From Saprospiraceae bacterium (GTDB lineage: Bacteria > Bacteroidota > Bacteroidia > Chitinophagales > Saprospiraceae), in assembly GCA_029262975.1 (NCBI GenBank), contig JAJCYJ010000440.1, positions 1 through 39,983 on the forward strand: a stretch of DNA of 39,983 nucleotides. The letters run 5' to 3'. Under the pieces are notes generated by a model. It saw nothing but the letters and a program-made list of their open reading frames with translations, was not told the origin of the DNA and made no database searches. Positions 36,599 through 39,983 of the stretch are shown in pieces (position 1 is the first letter of the stretch; each line of letters begins with the position of its first letter). Position numbers and translations under genes: made by a program.

Positions 36599-37468
36599 TT
36601 ACTGACTTATTTTTATAATAACAACTGCCATCCCCAATCTTCCATAGGTATGAAATAATGGAAATGTTATAATATTCATGTCATCTTTTTTATACCAGGA
36701 TAAAGTGCTTTTGTCCTGATCTATATCTGGCATCACTTCGTGAATATTATTGTTTATTATTTTTTGATCCGAAGCATATTTAATGGCCCCATAATTATCT
36801 ATAATGATCAGACTCTGTACTTTGTTGGATTCTGATATCGTCTGTAACATGGATTGGCTATCTGCAGAATTATTCCCCATCAGTAATTGCTTGCCAGCGA
36901 TACCCAGGATTTTTAATGTGGATTTAAAGGAAATAAAATCTGCTTTATAATACCTTTCGTACAACTCACGATTAAATCCTGCTTGTTCACCTATAGGAAT
37001 TAATAAGGCATCAAATAGGTCATTTGATCCGGTTCGAAGTTCTGTACTCTTTGAAGAAAAAATACTGCCTGCGGGATCTACCTTTATCTTATCATAATGT
37101 GTATTCAATTTAAAGAGATCAACTTCACCAGAATCTTTTGTGCTCGAGGTAGAGTCTACATGATCCAAAGTGCTTTCCGAGTTTGAATTTTGAAGTTTTT
37201 CAATTCTATTCAGCTCACTATCTCCGGTTTCAGCGTTTCGTATACTATCATTGAATAATAACATATTTAGGCTGTCTGGGCCTACTGAGACACCTGTTGT
37301 ATGGGTCACATTTCGGTTGACATAACTCTCTCGTATTTGATTGAAACCAATATAAGCAAGTACAATAACTATCGCTAAAATTGCGATCCTTGCATAATTT
37401 GAATCATACCAATTGCCGTTGATGTTATCTTCATCTGACTGATTTGAATTTTTATTTTCTTCCATCAT
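36599..37468 (-). CDS. Single-pass membrane protein, unknown function
   Basis: 289-aa ORF with one N-terminal TM (ARIAILAIVIVLAYIGF), a Ser/Asp/Asn-rich linker and a C-terminal globular region. 25 nt downstream of the transporter C-domain ORF. Confidence 0.6.
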   Translation of the reverse strand: MMEENKNSNQSDEDNINGNWYDSNYARIAILAIVIVLAYIGFNQIRESYVNRNVTHTTGVSVGPDSLNMLLFNDSIRNAETGDSELNRIEKLQNSNSESTLDHVDSTSSTKDSGEVDLFKLNTHYDKIKVDPAGSIFSSKSTELRTGSNDLFDALLIPIGEQAGFNRELYERYYKADFISFKSTLKILGIAGKQLLMGNNSADSQSMLQTISESNKVQSLIIIDNYGAIKYASDQKIINNNIHEVMPDIDQDKSTLSWYKKDDMNIITFPLFHTYGRLGMAVVIIKISQ

Positions 37469-37493
37469 TTATTTTTTATTGAGAAGATTATAA

Positions 37494-38288
37494 TTAAGCA
37501 AGAATGTTTTCATGTCCAGAATCTTTTATAAATAAGCAAGAGGTATTAGTATGACCAATCATCTCTTTACAATAGTCGAGCGAGATATCATCACTTAGCG
37601 CAAAAATATTGAGGTCTGCATAAGGCCCCTTTTGTACTCTTTCAACGAATGGTCCTGACGTCACGAGGGTGTTAGAAATTGGTAATCTGGCTAGTTCTGT
37701 GACACTCTTTAAAAATCTGTTAGCGTGATGGGTATCTTTTTCATCTTTTATATTTGCAATTAAAGTGATCTCCGCATTCCAATTTAATTTTAGTTTGTAA
37801 GCCGTAAGCAGGGGAAGATCAATATTGCCAGTGTCCTTTTCTATGTCCCAGTTTCCATTTCGATCTTCTATCCAGAAGTTGATTTTTTGTTGTTGTCCAA
37901 GGATTGCATTTTTGTGCGGAATGTAGAGAATAACCCCCAGTCCCAGGTAACCGGCTTCTTCGATAATTGCAGGAAACTCCTGTGAAGGCTCATTGTTTTC
38001 TGAAAGTGTAAGGAATATAATATTGGGTTTGAAGAAAGCACTGCTCAAGGCTTGATTACCCAAATTAACACCTTCTGCAAAATGTTTAGTTTTTATAAGT
38101 GAAGTTGAACTATATACCCCGACCTTTTTAAATGAATCAGCAATATATTCTAATCGCTCCTGCAACTTACTTCCATTAGATGTCTTATCGATGCCCATGA
38201 GTGTGGCTGATCCTTTCGAATAAGCGATATCCTTTATGAGTGTAAATGCACCGAGGACGACGGAAGCATCTGTACAGGGCACAAGCAA
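37494..38288 (-). CDS. Cytoplasmic C-terminal (USP-like) domain of a cation-chloride cotransporter homolog, separated from its TM domain by an in-frame TAG
   Basis: Same frame as 38298-39674. Translation across the junction reads ...HKQERS-TAG-KPN-LLVPCTDASVVLGAFTLIKDIAY. The only start candidate is TTG at 38288. The ending ...CLFIKDSGHENILA is typical of full-length bacterial homologs as I recall them. Confidence 0.6.
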   Translation of the reverse strand: MLVPCTDASVVLGAFTLIKDIAYSKGSATLMGIDKTSNGSKLQERLEYIADSFKKVGVYSSTSLIKTKHFAEGVNLGNQALSSAFFKPNIIFLTLSENNEPSQEFPAIIEEAGYLGLGVILYIPHKNAILGQQQKINFWIEDRNGNWDIEKDTGNIDLPLLTAYKLKLNWNAEITLIANIKDEKDTHHANRFLKSVTELARLPISNTLVTSGPFVERVQKGPYADLNIFALSDDISLDYCKEMIGHTNTSCLFIKDSGHENILA

Positions 38289-38297
38289 ATTGGGTTT

Positions 38298-39674
38298 CTA
38301 TGATCTTTCTTGTTTGTGCGAAAGCGAAGCAGTGTGTTTTGCTGCCCATTCTGAGAAAGATGAAAAAAGCCCTGAACGGACATCTTCGAAGGGGGTTTCC
38401 AAATCACTTTTAGAAAGTATGCCATAGACGACAAACATTAATGCCCAGGACACTAAACTAATGGTTGGATTTATAATAAACATAGCTAAAAGACTACTGA
38501 TCAATCCTACCCATGGTATAATTCCTCCCACTTTTAGAAGTGGTCGGAAGCTAATCAGACCCAATTTTTGTTCGATAATTACAACCACGTTAAGCATGGC
38601 ATACGTCACTAAAAAGAACATGGTGACTAATGGTGCAATCGCATTTAGATCTCTTAAGAGCATGGAGACGAAAATTAGAATGCCCGTAACGATCATGGCA
38701 TTTCTGGGTTGGCCAAGGTTATCCTGGAAGGCCAGCCATTTACCCTGTGGAAGTACGCCATGTTGACCCATGGCAAAGAGTATTCTCGACGATCCGAGCA
38801 CTGATGCCAGGGCAGAGGAGAATGTGGCGCCTAATACTCCGATAATCATTGCCGGAGGCCAAAATGATCTTTCTATAATGATATTATAATTGGAAATGAG
38901 CTCTTGTTCGCTCGCTGACCTTGCTACCCAATAAGCAAGAAACATATAGATAAAAAAGCTTACTCCGATAGCCCACAAAGTACCTTTGGGGATACTATGT
39001 CTTGGATTGATTAACTCTCCGGACATATTGGCTCCGGCCATGATACCAGTAGCTGCTGGAAAAAAAACGGCAAATACGATCCAGAAGTCCGATCCACTAA
39101 AGTTGTTTTCAGGCGATCCCCTGAATGTGCCCCATCGGGCAGCATCTTCTGAAGGTATTTGCATAGATCCGTAATAGGACGCAAATACGATCGTAATCAG
39201 CGATAGCAATATTATCGCCATGATGATATATTGTGTTTTTATTGCTAGCTCTGCACTTTTATATGCAATTCCAAAAAGCAGAATGAATACGATAAGATCG
39301 ACCATAAATGGACTGGCATCAGGAAAAATAGCCAGCCAACCTTCCCTAAATCCAAATATGTACATAGTGACTGCCAGCCCTTGAGAGATGTACCTTGGAA
39401 TACCCAGGCTGCCACCTACCTCTAATCCAAGAGACTGTGAAATAATGGCATATGCACCACCGGCTCCTATTCTAATATTGGTGGTGATTGAAGACATCGA
39501 AAGAGCAGTGCAAAGTGTAATTATAAACGATATAATTATAATTAACCAGGCCCCCAGGAGACCCGCATTACCGACGACCCATCCAAGTCGAAGATACATA
39601 ATGACACCAAGAATGGTAAGCAAGGTAGGTGTAAATACGCCGCCGAAAGTTCCGAATTTTTTTGCTTCTGCCAT
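38298..39674 (-). CDS. Cation-chloride cotransporter (SLC12/CCC, APC superfamily) transmembrane domain
   Basis: ATG at 39674 gives MAEAKKFGTFGGVFTPTLLTILGVIMYLRLGWVVGNAGL, the CCC-family signature region. About 12 TM helices. The track extension to 39743 starts at a TTG inside the tandem repeat. Confidence 0.85.
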   Translation of the reverse strand: MAEAKKFGTFGGVFTPTLLTILGVIMYLRLGWVVGNAGLLGAWLIIIISFIITLCTALSMSSITTNIRIGAGGAYAIISQSLGLEVGGSLGIPRYISQGLAVTMYIFGFREGWLAIFPDASPFMVDLIVFILLFGIAYKSAELAIKTQYIIMAIILLSLITIVFASYYGSMQIPSEDAARWGTFRGSPENNFSGSDFWIVFAVFFPAATGIMAGANMSGELINPRHSIPKGTLWAIGVSFFIYMFLAYWVARSASEQELISNYNIIIERSFWPPAMIIGVLGATFSSALASVLGSSRILFAMGQHGVLPQGKWLAFQDNLGQPRNAMIVTGILIFVSMLLRDLNAIAPLVTMFFLVTYAMLNVVVIIEQKLGLISFRPLLKVGGIIPWVGLISSLLAMFIINPTISLVSWALMFVVYGILSKSDLETPFEDVRSGLFSSFSEWAAKHTASLSHKQERS

Positions 39675-39729
39675 GTATTGCTTGCTTCTAAAGAGACTAT
39701 ATATGATTGTTCCGTCACAATATAGTCCT

Positions 39730-39983
39730 CCATGGGGTTTCAACCCCGTGTTCAGTTCGTATCAATGTAGGCACAATGGGTTAAAATCCGTTGGATGAAT
39801 TTATCCGTCCATGGGGTTTCAACTCTGTGATCAGTTTGTTATAACGTCAGCACAATGAGTTAAAACCCGTTGGATGAACTTATCTGTCCATGGGGTTTTA
39901 ACCCCGTGATCAGGTCGTTATGATGTCAGCACAATGGGTTAAAACCCGTTGGATGAACTTATCTGTCCATGGGGTTTCAACCC
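39730..39983 (+). repeat. Tandem array of 79-bp units (3 full copies plus a partial copy, running off the window)
   Basis: Units start at 39730, 39809, 39888 and 39967. By my hand alignment copies 2 and 3 differ at 8/79 positions, and copies 1 and 3 at about 13/79. Each unit has two hairpins whose G-U pairs only work in the plus-strand RNA. Confidence 0.9.

Noticed and set aside
39730-39983. Possible CRISPR array (regularly spaced hairpin-forming repeats).
   Set aside because: The whole 79-bp unit is repeated, including the would-be spacers, at about 84-90% identity between copies. There are no unique spacers and no cas genes in view. It is a tandem repeat.
1-39983. Mobile-element or genomic-island boundaries (transposase, integrase, tRNA-adjacent direct repeats), and toxin-antitoxin or defence-system genes.
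   Set aside because: No ORF shows transposase, integrase, recombinase, nuclease-helicase or toxin-antitoxin hallmarks. No tRNA gene or terminal inverted repeats were seen. The window reads as ordinary chromosome with accessory metabolic and envelope genes.

Overview
The window is a 39,983-bp chromosomal segment of about 38-40% GC. Gene content suggests Bacteroidota: many lipoproteins, three ECF sigma/anti-sigma pairs, a YceI/DUF5777-type neighbourhood and TTG starts. All calls come from reading the ORF translations and the DNA by eye; no searches were run.

I support about 38 coding regions. No rRNA, tRNA, CRISPR array, transposase or integrase could be found.

Gene content in order:
- A sugar-type module: a Gfo/Idh/MocA oxidoreductase, an LmbE-type deacetylase and a divergent NagB-like protein.
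- A DUF3179 lipoprotein and menB.
- A TetR regulator next to a TAT-exported two-subunit molybdo-hydroxylase (IorAB-like), followed by an SDR.
- An eight-gene minus-strand redox cluster (10.8-16.8 kb). It is built around a TAT-exported 4Fe-4S NrfC-like protein and a large NrfD-like membrane protein, with no catalytic subunit. It also carries a YceI lipoprotein, a CX4CH cytochrome-like lipoprotein, a predicted outer-membrane barrel, a small TAT-signal paralog, a membrane-anchored beta-rich protein and a monoheme cytochrome c.
- A tightly coupled operon of a GcvT-like aminomethyltransferase and two PYROXD2/CrtI-like flavoproteins.
- Two tandem ECF sigma/anti-sigma pairs.
- A GC-rich, probably structured, non-coding island.
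- A serine hydrolase, an ~880-aa Asn/Gly/Ile-rich beta-helix repeat protein and a canonical nagB.
- An IPTL-CTERM protein, with a third ECF pair upstream of it on the minus strand.
- A cation-chloride-cotransporter (SLC12-like) gene split by one in-frame TAG.
- An array of 79-bp tandem repeats at the right edge, whose hairpins are only consistent with a plus-strand RNA.

The best candidates for something undescribed are the orphan NrfCD-type cluster, the GcvT/PYROXD2 operon, the 79-bp repeat array and the GC-rich island.
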